A stretch of 64,000 nucleotides of DNA, taken from the NCBI GenBank assembly GCA_964571855.1, contig CAZNDO010000001.1:863629-927628 (forward strand), read 5' to 3'. This document shows, one piece after another, positions 9,726 to 19,048 of the stretch. The stretch is from an uncultured Gemmatimonadota bacterium. GTDB lineage: Bacteria; ARS69. The notes beneath the pieces were generated by a model. It was given only the letters and a program-made list of their open reading frames with translations, had not been told where the DNA came from and ran no database searches. Position 1 is the stretch's first letter. Each line of letters opens with the position of its first letter. The position numbers were made by a program, and so were the translations under genes.

Positions 9726-11462
9726 ATGGCCGAGGAGAAAGTCGGACCGACCGCCCTGGGCAAGCTGATCCTGTTCGTGTTCGTGGCGGCCGCGCTGGCC
9801 GGCTCCGCGTACTACTTCCGCGACACGCTCTTCCCGGCCGGCGAGGACGGCCAGCGGCAGGTGAACCTGGACGCCTTCAAGGACCAGGCGGGGAAGGTGG
9901 AGGCGCCGGACACGAAGGGCATCACCACCGTCAACGAGTACACGTACATCCCGGCGGACAAGCTCCCGCCGGTGAAGGGCGTCTCGAACTACAAGTGGGA
10001 CGAGGCGGAGAAGGTGGTGCAGTTCCCGATCAACGTGTGGATCGGCTGGCTCCCCATCGTGGCGGCGAACCACGGCTTCGCCCCGAACGAGGAGTCGATC
10101 TTCTTCAGGAAGTACGGCTTCAAGGTCAACCTGAAGCTGATCGACGACCCGGTCACCGCGCGGGACGCCTTCGCCGCCGGCGAGAGCCACATCCTGTGGG
10201 GCACGCTGGACATGATCGCGCTGTTCGCGCCGGACCTGATGAAGGATTCGCGCACGGCGCCCCGCGTGTACCAGCAGATCGACTGGTCCAACGGCGGCGA
10301 CGGCATCGTCGTGCGCGGCACGGTGAGCACGGTGCGGGACCTCAAGGGCAAGACCGTGGTCTACGCGCAGAACAGCCCGTCGCAGTACTTCATCAACAAC
10401 CTGCTGATCGCGGGCGGCATCCAGCCCTCCGAGGTGAACCACAAGTACACCGCCACCGCGTTCGAGGCGGCGGCGGCGTTCGTGGCCGACAAGCGGATCG
10501 ACGCGTGCGTCTCCTGGGCGCCGGACATCTACAACATCCCGGAGAAGGTGGCGGGGACGCGCATCCTCACCACCACGTCGGAGGCGAACAAGCTGATCGC
10601 GGACGTGTGGGCGGCGCGCGCGGACTTCGCGAAGGACCACCCGGACATCATCAAGGGCCTGGTGGCGGGGATCTTCGAGGGGATGGACCAGCTCGGCGAC
10701 GACGGGTTCAAGGCGCAGGCCTTCCAGTGGATGGCCGAGGGCTACGGCATGCCCGTGGAGGAGGTGCAGGGGATGGCGCTGGACGCGCACTCCACGAACT
10801 TCGCCGAGAACAAGGACTTCTTCCTGAACGCGAACAGCCCCACGAACTTCGAGCGCACCTGGAAGAACATCACCTTCGTGTACCGGGAGCTGGGGCTCAT
10901 CGCCACGCCGGCCCGCTTCGACGAGGTGCTGGACTTCTCCGTGATCCAGGCCCTGGACGCCGAGGGGCTGTTCAAGCACCAGAAGGACACGTACGCGTCC
11001 ACGTTCGCGCCGATGTCGTACTCGAAGGTGTCTGCGGAGGCGCCGATCGTCACGCAGACGATCCGCATCAACTTCTACCCCAACTCGTCGAACCTGCGCG
11101 AGCCGCAGCACGACGACCTGGGCAACCCGATGCCGGGCACCCTGTACGATCCCACGGTGGACGCCACGCTGGACAAGGTGGGGCGCCTGGCCGGGCAGTA
11201 CGAGCGCGCCGTGATCGCGGTGCTCGGGCACACGGACTCGTCCATGAAGGGGAAGGGCGTGCCGTACGACGAGGTGCAGAAGCTCTCCGCGGAGCGCGCG
11301 AACGCCGTCATGCAGGAGCTGGTGAAGCAGTTCAAGTTCGACCCCAACAAGTTCGTCGTGGAGGGGAAGGCGTGGGACGAGCCGGCCGATCCGGAGGATC
11401 CCCTGAACCACGCGATGAACCGCCGGGTCGAGATCGCGGTGTACCCGCCCGAGGCCAAGTAG
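9726..11462 (+). CDS. ABC substrate-binding protein (NMT1/SsuA-like) fused to a C-terminal OmpA-like peptidoglycan-binding domain
   Basis: N-terminal TM anchor; WIGWLP, DWSNGGDGIVVR, DLKGK (SBP); GHTD, LSAERANAV, NRRVEI (OmpA C-domain). Confidence 0.85.
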   Translation: MAEEKVGPTALGKLILFVFVAAALAGSAYYFRDTLFPAGEDGQRQVNLDAFKDQAGKVEAPDTKGITTVNEYTYIPADKLPPVKGVSNYKWDEAEKVVQFPINVWIGWLPIVAANHGFAPNEESIFFRKYGFKVNLKLIDDPVTARDAFAAGESHILWGTLDMIALFAPDLMKDSRTAPRVYQQIDWSNGGDGIVVRGTVSTVRDLKGKTVVYAQNSPSQYFINNLLIAGGIQPSEVNHKYTATAFEAAAAFVADKRIDACVSWAPDIYNIPEKVAGTRILTTTSEANKLIADVWAARADFAKDHPDIIKGLVAGIFEGMDQLGDDGFKAQAFQWMAEGYGMPVEEVQGMALDAHSTNFAENKDFFLNANSPTNFERTWKNITFVYRELGLIATPARFDEVLDFSVIQALDAEGLFKHQKDTYASTFAPMSYSKVSAEAPIVTQTIRINFYPNSSNLREPQHDDLGNPMPGTLYDPTVDATLDKVGRLAGQYERAVIAVLGHTDSSMKGKGVPYDEVQKLSAERANAVMQELVKQFKFDPNKFVVEGKAWDEPADPEDPLNHAMNRRVEIAVYPPEAK

Positions 11463-11466
11463 ACGC

Positions 11467-12291
11467 GTGAGCGGCGCGAAGGCGGGCGGCGGCATGCTGC
11501 GCATCCGCGAGCGGATCCCGGCGTGGCAGTCCTGGGCGCTCGGGGCCGTGCCGGTCGCGCTGCTGCTCCTCGTCTGGACGGTGATGACGTGGGGGAAGGA
11601 GGCGGAGAGCCGCCTCATCTCCCCCACGATCCTGCCGAGCCCCCGGGAGGTGCTGCTCTCGTTCCGCGAGCTGTGGTTCGAGCGGGCCGTGGCGCGGAAC
11701 CTCCTGGTGTCGTTCGGGCGGGTGGTCGAGGGCTTCGCGCTGGCGGTGGCGGTGGTCTTCCCGCTCGGCGTGGCCATGGGCGCGTTCACGAAGGTGCGCG
11801 CGGCGTTCACGCCCATCTCGGTCTTCGGCGCGTACCTGCCCATCCCCACGCTGGTGCCGCTCACGCTGAGCCTGTTCGGCACCGGCGAGCTGCAGAAGGT
11901 GGTGTTCCTGGCGCTGGCGTTCGGCATCTACCTGCTGCCGCTGATCGCGGCGGCGGTGGAGTCCGTGGAGGACACGTACCTCAAGGGCGCGTACACGCTG
12001 GGCGCGAGCCGCCGGCAGATCGTGGGGAAGGTGATGCTGCCGATCGCGTGGCCGCAGATCTGGGAGGCGCTGCGGCTGGGGTTCGGCGTGGGCTGGAGCT
12101 ACATCCTGCTGGCCGAGATGGTGGACATCGGGAAGGGGTTGGGCGGGATCATCATGACGTCGCAGCGGCGCGGGCCGCGCGAGCACATCTACCTGGTGCT
12201 GGTGCTCATCGTCGTCGTGGCGTTCCTCACCGACAAGGCGTGGATGGCGGCGGGGAAGCGGCTGTTCCCGTGGAAGGCCGCGCCGCGATGA
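11467..12291 (+). CDS. ABC transporter permease (TauC/SsuC-like)
   Basis: ILPSP.EV motif, multiple TM segments, EAA-like loop YLKGAYTLGASRRQ, and GWSYILLAEM. Confidence 0.9.
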   Translation: MSGAKAGGGMLRIRERIPAWQSWALGAVPVALLLLVWTVMTWGKEAESRLISPTILPSPREVLLSFRELWFERAVARNLLVSFGRVVEGFALAVAVVFPLGVAMGAFTKVRAAFTPISVFGAYLPIPTLVPLTLSLFGTGELQKVVFLALAFGIYLLPLIAAAVESVEDTYLKGAYTLGASRRQIVGKVMLPIAWPQIWEALRLGFGVGWSYILLAEMVDIGKGLGGIIMTSQRRGPREHIYLVLVLIVVVAFLTDKAWMAAGKRLFPWKAAPR

Positions 12292-13151
12292 CGGCCCCGG
12301 CGGCGGGCGGGGCGGCGGCGAAAGCCGCGGCGGTCCCCGCGGTGGTGGAGTTCCGCGACGTCTCCAAGACGTTCAACCCCGGCACGCCGCGCGCCTTCAC
12401 CGCGATCAAGGACGTGACGTTCCGCGTGGAGGACAAGCCGGACTACGGCGAGTTCATCTCCATCGTGGGCCCGTCGGGCTGCGGGAAGTCCACCATCCTG
12501 AACCTGATCCAGGGCTTCGACGACGTGTACCCGCCCACCACCGGCGACGTGCTGGTGCGGGACCGGAAGGTGGAGGGTCCCGGCCGGGACCGCGGCATGA
12601 TCTTCCAGAAGTACAGCTCGTTCCCGCACCGCACGGTGCTGCAGAACGTGACGCTCGGCCTGGAGATCAACCATGCGGAGCTGGGGATGTCGGCATCCGC
12701 GCGGGAGGACCTGGCCGCGACGTGGCTGAAGAAGGTGGGGCTGCACGGCCACGAGCACAAGTACCCCGGCCAGCTCTCGGGCGGGCAGCAGCAGCGCGTG
12801 GCCATCGCGCGCACGCTGGTGCTGAAGCCGCGCATCATCCTCATGGACGAGCCCTTCTCGGCGCTGGACGAGCCCACGCGGTGCGACATGCAGCGGCTCA
12901 TCATGGAGCTGTGGCACGAGGTGCAGGCCACGGTGTTCCTGGTGACGCACTCGCTGATCGAGGCCGTGTACCTGGGGGATCGCGTGTGGATCATCACGCG
13001 CGCGCCGGGGCGGATCGGCCGGGAGTTCGCGGACATCATCCCGCCCACGCGGGACGCGGACCCGCTGGCCGTGCAGGAGTCGCCGCCGTTCAAGGCGGCG
13101 GTGGCCGAGGTGGGCGAGGCGTTCCGCGCGCTCGAAGCGCAGCGGGGGTGA
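12288..13151 (+). CDS. ABC transporter ATP-binding protein (TauB/SsuB-like)
   Basis: GPSGCGKST, LSGGQQQRVAIAR, ILMDEPFSALD and VTH; ATGA overlap with the permease stop. Confidence 0.92.
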   Translation: MTAPAAGGAAAKAAAVPAVVEFRDVSKTFNPGTPRAFTAIKDVTFRVEDKPDYGEFISIVGPSGCGKSTILNLIQGFDDVYPPTTGDVLVRDRKVEGPGRDRGMIFQKYSSFPHRTVLQNVTLGLEINHAELGMSASAREDLAATWLKKVGLHGHEHKYPGQLSGGQQQRVAIARTLVLKPRIILMDEPFSALDEPTRCDMQRLIMELWHEVQATVFLVTHSLIEAVYLGDRVWIITRAPGRIGREFADIIPPTRDADPLAVQESPPFKAAVAEVGEAFRALEAQRG

Positions 13152-13155
13152 CGCC

Positions 13156-14064
13156 GTGGCCGACGCGCCGCTGACCTACTGGGACTACGTGAAGGCGGCG
13201 TTCTCGCGCGGGCATCGCGTGCCCGGCATGGGGCGCATGCCCCTCAACCAGATGGGCCTGTTCGTGTTCGGCCTGCTCGGCATCGCGAACCCGGGCTTCT
13301 GGTTCCTGGGCGCGGCGGCGGAGCTGGCGTACCTGGGGACGCTGTCGTCGAACCCCCGCTTCCAGCGGCTCGTGCAGGGCGAGCGCCTGGAGAAGCGGCA
13401 GCAGCGCGTGGACACGCAGGTGCGACGGAGCCTCGCGTCGCTGGACCCGGCCTCCTACGAACGCTACCGCCGGCTGCACAACGAGTGCACGCAGATCCTC
13501 GGGCTCGCGCCCGCGCGCAACGAGCGGGAGCTGGGCGCCTTGACGGACATGCGGGCCGGCGGGCTGAACCAGCTCCTGGCCCTGTTCCAGCGCCTGCTCA
13601 TGTCGCGGCGCGTGATCCTGGCGAACCTGTCCACGCTGGACCGCGAGGCGCTGGAGGCGGACGTGGCGCGGCTCGCGGAGCGGCTGAAGGAGGCGGGGCC
13701 GGACACGCCGCTCGCGCGCTCGCTCTCGGCCACGCACGACATCCAGACGAAGCGGCTGGCGAACCTGGCGAAGGCGCAGGAGAGCCTGGTGGTGATCGAC
13801 GCGGAACTCACGCGGATCGAGCAGCAGGTGCGGCTCATCCGCGAGGAGACCGCGGTGTCCGGCGGACCGGAGGTGCTGTCCTCGCGCCTGGACGCGGTGA
13901 CCGCCACGCTGGACGAGACCTCGAAGTGGATGGACCAGAACGCGGAGATCCTGGGCGGGCTGACCGACGACATCGAGCTGGGCGCGCGGCTGCCGGAGCT
14001 GGGGCCGGAACCCGGGCCGGAGCGCCCGCCGCCGCCCCCGCGCGGGAGGCGGCAGCGGGAGTGA
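13156..14064 (+). CDS. Hypothetical protein with N-terminal membrane hairpin and long coiled-coil/helical region
   Basis: Hydrophobic GLFVFGLLGIANPGFWFLGAAAELAYL followed by heptad-rich helices; 4 nt after the ABC ATPase gene. Confidence 0.75.
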   Translation: MADAPLTYWDYVKAAFSRGHRVPGMGRMPLNQMGLFVFGLLGIANPGFWFLGAAAELAYLGTLSSNPRFQRLVQGERLEKRQQRVDTQVRRSLASLDPASYERYRRLHNECTQILGLAPARNERELGALTDMRAGGLNQLLALFQRLLMSRRVILANLSTLDREALEADVARLAERLKEAGPDTPLARSLSATHDIQTKRLANLAKAQESLVVIDAELTRIEQQVRLIREETAVSGGPEVLSSRLDAVTATLDETSKWMDQNAEILGGLTDDIELGARLPELGPEPGPERPPPPPRGRRQRE

Positions 14065-14171
14065 CGGCGGCGACCTGACGTTGCTCAGCGCGCCGGCTGA
14101 CCTCCGGCATGGCCGCCGCGATGCGCCCGGTGCAGCTTCGTGACGCGTCAACTTCCCGGAGGAGGCGCGTC

Positions 14172-14621
14172 ATGTCGTCCCGTCGCAGGAACGCGTTCAT
14201 CGGCATCATCCCGATCGCGGCGCTCGGCGCGGCCGGTTGCGCCGGCCCCGCCGGCCCGTCGCCGGGCGAGATCACGGGCACCTGGAACGCCACGCGGATC
14301 GAGTACGTGAGCAAGGCCACGAGCGAGACCGTGGACGCCGTGCCGCTCGGCTGGGCGGCCGCCCTGGTCCTCAACGCGGACGCCACCTTCGTCTTCACGC
14401 TCACGCCGGCCGGGGAAGCGCCGCAGGTGCTCTCGTCGAACTGGGAGCTGGACGGCGACCTGCTGCGTCTCGTGTTCCCCGGCGGCGGCGTGATCGCGTG
14501 GGACGCGGCGCTGCAGGGCGACGTGCTGGAGCTGACGGGGGCCGACGGCGCCTACGACTTCGACGCCGACGGCACGATGGACCCCGCCAAGCAGAACATC
14601 ACGCTGACCCGCGCGCCGTGA
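14172..14621 (+). CDS. Putative lipoprotein, lipocalin-like beta-barrel
   Basis: GGAGG RBS, lipobox-like AAGC, and ITGTWNAT (GxW lipocalin-like motif). Confidence 0.6.
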   Translation: MSSRRRNAFIGIIPIAALGAAGCAGPAGPSPGEITGTWNATRIEYVSKATSETVDAVPLGWAAALVLNADATFVFTLTPAGEAPQVLSSNWELDGDLLRLVFPGGGVIAWDAALQGDVLELTGADGAYDFDADGTMDPAKQNITLTRAP

Positions 14622-14628
14622 GCGCGCG

Positions 14629-15189
14629 CTACTTCGGCCAGAGCCAGCCGAACGTGCCCGCGGTGAGGAAGGCGTAGATGAGGCCGTCCAGCGTGTACTT
14701 CACGCTCATGGACCACGGGCGCCTGTACCAGATGGACATCTGCCAGAGCGCCACCGTGTAGCCGATGAACGACGTGGCGCCGGCGAAGCGGAAGACGTCC
14801 AGGTAGTGCGCGCCCGGCGCGAGCGCGCGACCGGCGATGTACGCGGCGAAGAAGCCCACGACCGCGCAGTACACGAACCACGTGGCCAGGTTCTTCCCCA
14901 TGGTGAACGGCCCGTTCGGCATCACCGTGAGCATCATCACGGGACCCTGCTGCAGCTTCTCGGCGAACTCGGGCGTGCGCATCTCCGCGCCGCTGGACGC
15001 GCGCGGCATCATGTAGTCGCCCGGCGGGATGGCCAGCGGGCGCAGCGCGTCCCGCACCTTGTCCTCGTTCGGGAGCTTCGGGTAGTCCGTGCGGTGCCAG
15101 AGCGGACCCATGTGCAGGATGGAGCTGGCAACGAACACGATCACGGCGGACACGAGCGTGGGCACGAGCAGGGAATCGAGACCGGTCAT
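14629..15189 (-). CDS. Conserved hypothetical membrane protein (about 4 TM)
   Basis: [27 protein letters not shown]...[13 protein letters not shown] plus three further hydrophobic segments; strong codon bias. Confidence 0.7.
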   Translation of the reverse strand: MTGLDSLLVPTLVSAVIVFVASSILHMGPLWHRTDYPKLPNEDKVRDALRPLAIPPGDYMMPRASSGAEMRTPEFAEKLQQGPVMMLTVMPNGPFTMGKNLATWFVYCAVVGFFAAYIAGRALAPGAHYLDVFRFAGATSFIGYTVALWQMSIWYRRPWSMSVKYTLDGLIYAFLTAGTFGWLWPK

Positions 15190-15392
15190 CGCGGCCCTCC
15201 TGGGGTGGGGGAACGGGCGGGAGGGTAGCGCGAAGCGTCCGTGCCACCAAGGGCCACCGGGTGGCCGGCGATCGGCCGGGGGGGGCACCCGCGGCGGCGT
15301 CCCGCCGGCGAGCGACGGTTGCCGGATCCCGGGGAGCGCCGGCGGGTTCATTCCGCGTTCGCCTCGACCCGTCCACTCCCTGGGGGTCCACC

Positions 15393-15869
15393 GTGTTGCC
15401 AGTCCGTCTGCTGCTCCCGCTCCTTCCCCTGCTGCTCGCGGCGGCCGACCCGGCGGCGGCCGGGGAGCCCGGGGAGCGGGTCTTCACCGTGCATCTGGGC
15501 AACGCCGTCACGCACCACCGGGACCGACCGGATCACAACAACCGCCCACGCCTCGTGGGGCTGGAGGTACGGCGCGAGGACGACTGGCTCGCCGGGGCGG
15601 CCACCTTCCGGAACTCCTATCGGCAGCGCTCGGCCTACACGTTCCTCGGGCGTCGATTCGAGGGGGCCCACGGCCGGCTCTACGGGAAGGTGACCGGCGG
15701 CCTGCTCGTGGGTTACCGTGGCGAGCACCGCGACAAGATCCCGCTGAACCGCTTCGGCGTGGCGCCTGCCGTGATTCCGTCCGCGGGAGTGCAGGTGCGA
15801 CGCTACAGCGGGGAACTGGTCGTGCTCGCGGCGTCCGCCCTCATGCTCAACGTGGGGGTCACGTTCTGA
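15393..15869 (+). CDS. Small outer-membrane beta-barrel-like exported protein
   Basis: Signal peptide; [35 protein letters not shown]; C-terminal aromatic residue (GVTF). Confidence 0.6.
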   Translation: MLPVRLLLPLLPLLLAAADPAAAGEPGERVFTVHLGNAVTHHRDRPDHNNRPRLVGLEVRREDDWLAGAATFRNSYRQRSAYTFLGRRFEGAHGRLYGKVTGGLLVGYRGEHRDKIPLNRFGVAPAVIPSAGVQVRRYSGELVVLAASALMLNVGVTF

Positions 15870-15883
15870 GCCCGGAGGTGCCC

Positions 15884-17740
15884 ATGCACGCGGAGTCCGC
15901 CGCCCCGTCCGCCGCGCCGCCGTCGCCGTCCGCACCCTTTCCCGCGTGGGCGCGCGAGATGCGCGAGCTGTTCCGCGCCGGCACCACCAGCCAGTTCATG
16001 CTGCACGGCAACATCTTCGACCTCGTCCCCTCGCCGGACGGCAAGGACTTCCTGCCGCTGCGGCAGTACCTCACGGAGGTGATGTTCGATCCCTTCGAGG
16101 TCGTGGTGCAGTACGACCGGGGCAAGGGCATCCGCGTGCGCAAGGGGATGGAGGCGTTCCACCGGTTCCTCAAGGCGTTCGACACGTTCCAGGGGACGTC
16201 CTGGGCGTCGCTGCCGGCGGAAGGGGACGACAAGCTGGAGGGGCTGGCGCTGGCCGGGCAGCTCCCGCGGGATCCGAAGCGCGCGCTGGAGCTGATCGAC
16301 CGCTTCCTCCGCGGCGCCCTCGCGCGCACGAAGGCGGAGAACGGGAAGACCGTGGCGGATCCCATGCGCGTGGCGGTGATCCTGGATTACGCGCACTTCA
16401 TCGCGCCGCAGGGCGACCCGCTGTACATGGCGGATCTCAGCCAGACGCTCATCCAGATCGTGGACTGGGGGTCCGACCCCGCCGTGACCGGCGCGTTCGT
16501 GGCCACCGTACTGATCACGGAGAACCTGGCGGACCTGAACCGGCAGCTCGTGGAGAGCCCGTACAGCGCGAAGCTCCGGATCGAGCTGCCGCAGGCGGAG
16601 GAGTTGCGCGCCTTCGTGGAGCACGCCACCGCGGACGTCGCGGACTTCGCCGCGGCGTGCGAGGTGCCGCGCGAGACGCTGGCTTCGCGGCTCGTGGGGC
16701 TGTCGCGCGTGTCCGTGCGCACCATGCTGCGGCGCGCGGTCTCGTCGGGCGAGCGCATCACCGGCGCCTACCTCACGAAGGTGAAGAAGGAGATCATCGA
16801 GAAGGAGGCGTTCGGGCGGCTGGAGTTCCTGGAGTCGAAGCGCACGCTGGACGACGTGGCCGGGCACGACGAGGCCAAGGCGTGGCTGCGCCAGGACGCG
16901 GTGCTGCTGCGCAAGGGCGTGACCGCGGCCATCCCCATGGGCTACCTCTTGACCGGCCGCATCGGCACCGGCAAGACCTACCTGGTGGAGTGCCTGGCCG
17001 GCGAGATCGGGATCCCGTGCGTGGAGCTCAAGAACTTCCGCGAGAAGTGGGTGGGCGCCACCGAGGGGAACCTGGAGAAGGTGTTCCACATCCTGCACGC
17101 GCTGGGGCAGGTCATCGTCTTCGTGGACGAGGCGGACCAGGCCATGGGCAAGCGCGGCGGCGACGACGGGGACTCCGGGTTGTCCGGCCGCATCTACGCG
17201 ATGATGGCGAAGGAGATGAGCGACACGAGGAACCGCGGGAGGATCATCTGGATCTTCGCCACGTCGCGGCCGGACCTCCTGGAGGTGGACCTGAAGCGGC
17301 AGGGGCGCCTGGACGTGCACATCCCGCTCTTCCCGCCGGGGACGAAGGAGGGGCGCGCCGCGCTCTTCGCGGCGATGGCGCGCAAGCTCCGCGTGCCGAT
17401 CAAGCCGGAGGAGCTGCCGGAGCTTCCGGCGAACGACGGGCTCGGCGGCAACGAGATGGAAGGCATCCTCGTGCGCGCACTGCGCGTGTTCGAGACCCAG
17501 GGCGAGGCGCGCGGCGATGCGAAGGAAGGTCCGGGCGCGCCGGGGAAGTCCCTGCCGGACGTGATCCGCGAGGTGATCAAGGACGTGCGTCCCTCCGCGC
17601 ACACGGAGCGCCTGGAGCTGATGGACATGCTGGCCGTGAAGGAGTGCACGGACACGCGCTTCCTGCCGGAGCGCTTCCGCAAGCTGGTGGCCGCCGACGT
17701 GAACGAGCGCATCGCGCGGCTCAAGGCGGCGATCGAGTAG
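15884..17740 (+). CDS. AAA+ ATPase with degenerate N-terminal and intact C-terminal AAA module
   Basis: N-terminal QFMLHGNIFD and VILDYAH; C-terminal Walker A GRIGTGKT, Walker B VIVFVDEAD, ATSRPD and KRQGRLD; GGAGG RBS before ATG 15884. Confidence 0.85.
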   Translation: MHAESAAPSAAPPSPSAPFPAWAREMRELFRAGTTSQFMLHGNIFDLVPSPDGKDFLPLRQYLTEVMFDPFEVVVQYDRGKGIRVRKGMEAFHRFLKAFDTFQGTSWASLPAEGDDKLEGLALAGQLPRDPKRALELIDRFLRGALARTKAENGKTVADPMRVAVILDYAHFIAPQGDPLYMADLSQTLIQIVDWGSDPAVTGAFVATVLITENLADLNRQLVESPYSAKLRIELPQAEELRAFVEHATADVADFAAACEVPRETLASRLVGLSRVSVRTMLRRAVSSGERITGAYLTKVKKEIIEKEAFGRLEFLESKRTLDDVAGHDEAKAWLRQDAVLLRKGVTAAIPMGYLLTGRIGTGKTYLVECLAGEIGIPCVELKNFREKWVGATEGNLEKVFHILHALGQVIVFVDEADQAMGKRGGDDGDSGLSGRIYAMMAKEMSDTRNRGRIIWIFATSRPDLLEVDLKRQGRLDVHIPLFPPGTKEGRAALFAAMARKLRVPIKPEELPELPANDGLGGNEMEGILVRALRVFETQGEARGDAKEGPGAPGKSLPDVIREVIKDVRPSAHTERLELMDMLAVKECTDTRFLPERFRKLVAADVNERIARLKAAIE

Positions 17741-17807
17741 CGTCCGGCCCGGGGACGGATCGCCGGGCGGCGCGGCGGGGACCGATGGGGGCGGATTGAG
17801 AATCGCA

Positions 17808-17836
17808 TTGACAATCAGCCCCACACGACCGATCTT
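17808..17836 (+). promoter_or_regulatory. Sigma70-type promoter, probably leaderless, for the AAA_14/DUF4143 gene
   Basis: TTGACA, 17 nt, GATCTT, then 6 nt to ATG 17843; no Shine-Dalgarno. Confidence 0.5.
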
Positions 17837-17842
17837 CCCGGC

Positions 17843-19045
17843 ATGATCCGCCGCGACCTCGAGCCCCGCCTCCGGGCGCTGGCCCGGAAGTTCCCCATCG
17901 TGACCGTCACGGGGCCCCGCCAGTCGGGCAAGACGACACTTTGCCGGGCCGTCTTCGGGGGGCTCCCGTACGTGTCCCTCGAGGCACCGGACATCCGCGC
18001 GTACGCGCAGGAGGATCCCCGCGGCTTCCTGGAGGGGTACCGGGAAGGCGCGGTCCTGGATGAGATCCACCGGGCGCCCGACCTGCTCTCGTACCTGCAG
18101 CCGCTGGTGGATGCCCGTCCGGAGGCCCGGGGCAGGTTCGTCCTGACCGGATCCGCGAACTTCGCCCTCCTGCAGTCCCTGGGGCAGACGCTGGCCGGAC
18201 GAACGGCCCTGCTGGAGCTGCTGCCGCTCGGACTTGCGGAGACACGCCGCTTCGAGGGCGCGCCGGATGATCCGTGGGCGCTGCTGGTGCGGGGCAGCTA
18301 CCCCGCGACCTACGACCGGGACCTCGACTCCGGGGACTGGTACCCGAGCTACGTGGCCACGTACCTCGAGCGCGACGTGCGCGCGCTGCTGAACGTGGGC
18401 GACCTGGTCGCCTTCCAGACGTTTCTCCGCCTGTGCGCGGGGCGGGTGGCGCAGCTCGTGAACCTGTCGTCACTGGGCGCGGATGCCGGGATCACGCACA
18501 ACACGGCGAAGGCGTGGCTATCGGTCCTGGAGGCGGGGTACGTGGCCTGGCGCCTGCCGCCGCTGCACGCCAACGTCGCGAAGCGACTCGTGAAGACGCC
18601 GAAGCTGCACTTCCTGGACGCCGGCCTGGTCTGCCACCTCCTCGGCATCCGATCCGCGCGGCAGCTCCTCGATCATCCGCTGCGCGGTCCGATCTTCGAG
18701 ACGTGGGTGGCCGCCGAGATCCGGAAGGCGCGCGCGCATCGCGGGCTCGGCGCCGATCCGCTGGCGTTCTACCGGGATCGGCGCGGCGCGGAGGTCGATC
18801 TGGTTGTCGAGACCGCGGCGGAGATCCTGGCGGTGGAGTGCAAGAGCGGCGCGACCGTCGCCGCGGACTCGCTCGCCGGACTGGAGGCGTTCGCGGGCGT
18901 CATGCGCACCGCGTCGCCCGCGCGGAAGGTCCGCGGCTTCCTCGTCTACCCGGGACGGGAGAAGCAGAAGCGCGCGGCCGGCTCGGTCGTGCCGTGGACG
19001 GCGATGGACCGCGCGAGATGGTGGGACCCCGAGGAGGTCGGCTGA
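17843..19045 (+). CDS. AAA_14 + DUF4143 ATP-binding protein
   Basis: VTGPRQSGKTT, LDEIHR, LTGS, LAGR, KRLVKTPKLHFLDAGL, FETWV, and YRD...EVDLV...VECKSG (PD-(D/E)xK-like tail). Confidence 0.9.
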   Translation: MIRRDLEPRLRALARKFPIVTVTGPRQSGKTTLCRAVFGGLPYVSLEAPDIRAYAQEDPRGFLEGYREGAVLDEIHRAPDLLSYLQPLVDARPEARGRFVLTGSANFALLQSLGQTLAGRTALLELLPLGLAETRRFEGAPDDPWALLVRGSYPATYDRDLDSGDWYPSYVATYLERDVRALLNVGDLVAFQTFLRLCAGRVAQLVNLSSLGADAGITHNTAKAWLSVLEAGYVAWRLPPLHANVAKRLVKTPKLHFLDAGLVCHLLGIRSARQLLDHPLRGPIFETWVAAEIRKARAHRGLGADPLAFYRDRRGAEVDLVVETAAEILAVECKSGATVAADSLAGLEAFAGVMRTASPARKVRGFLVYPGREKQKRAAGSVVPWTAMDRARWWDPEEVG

Positions 19046-19048
19046 GCG

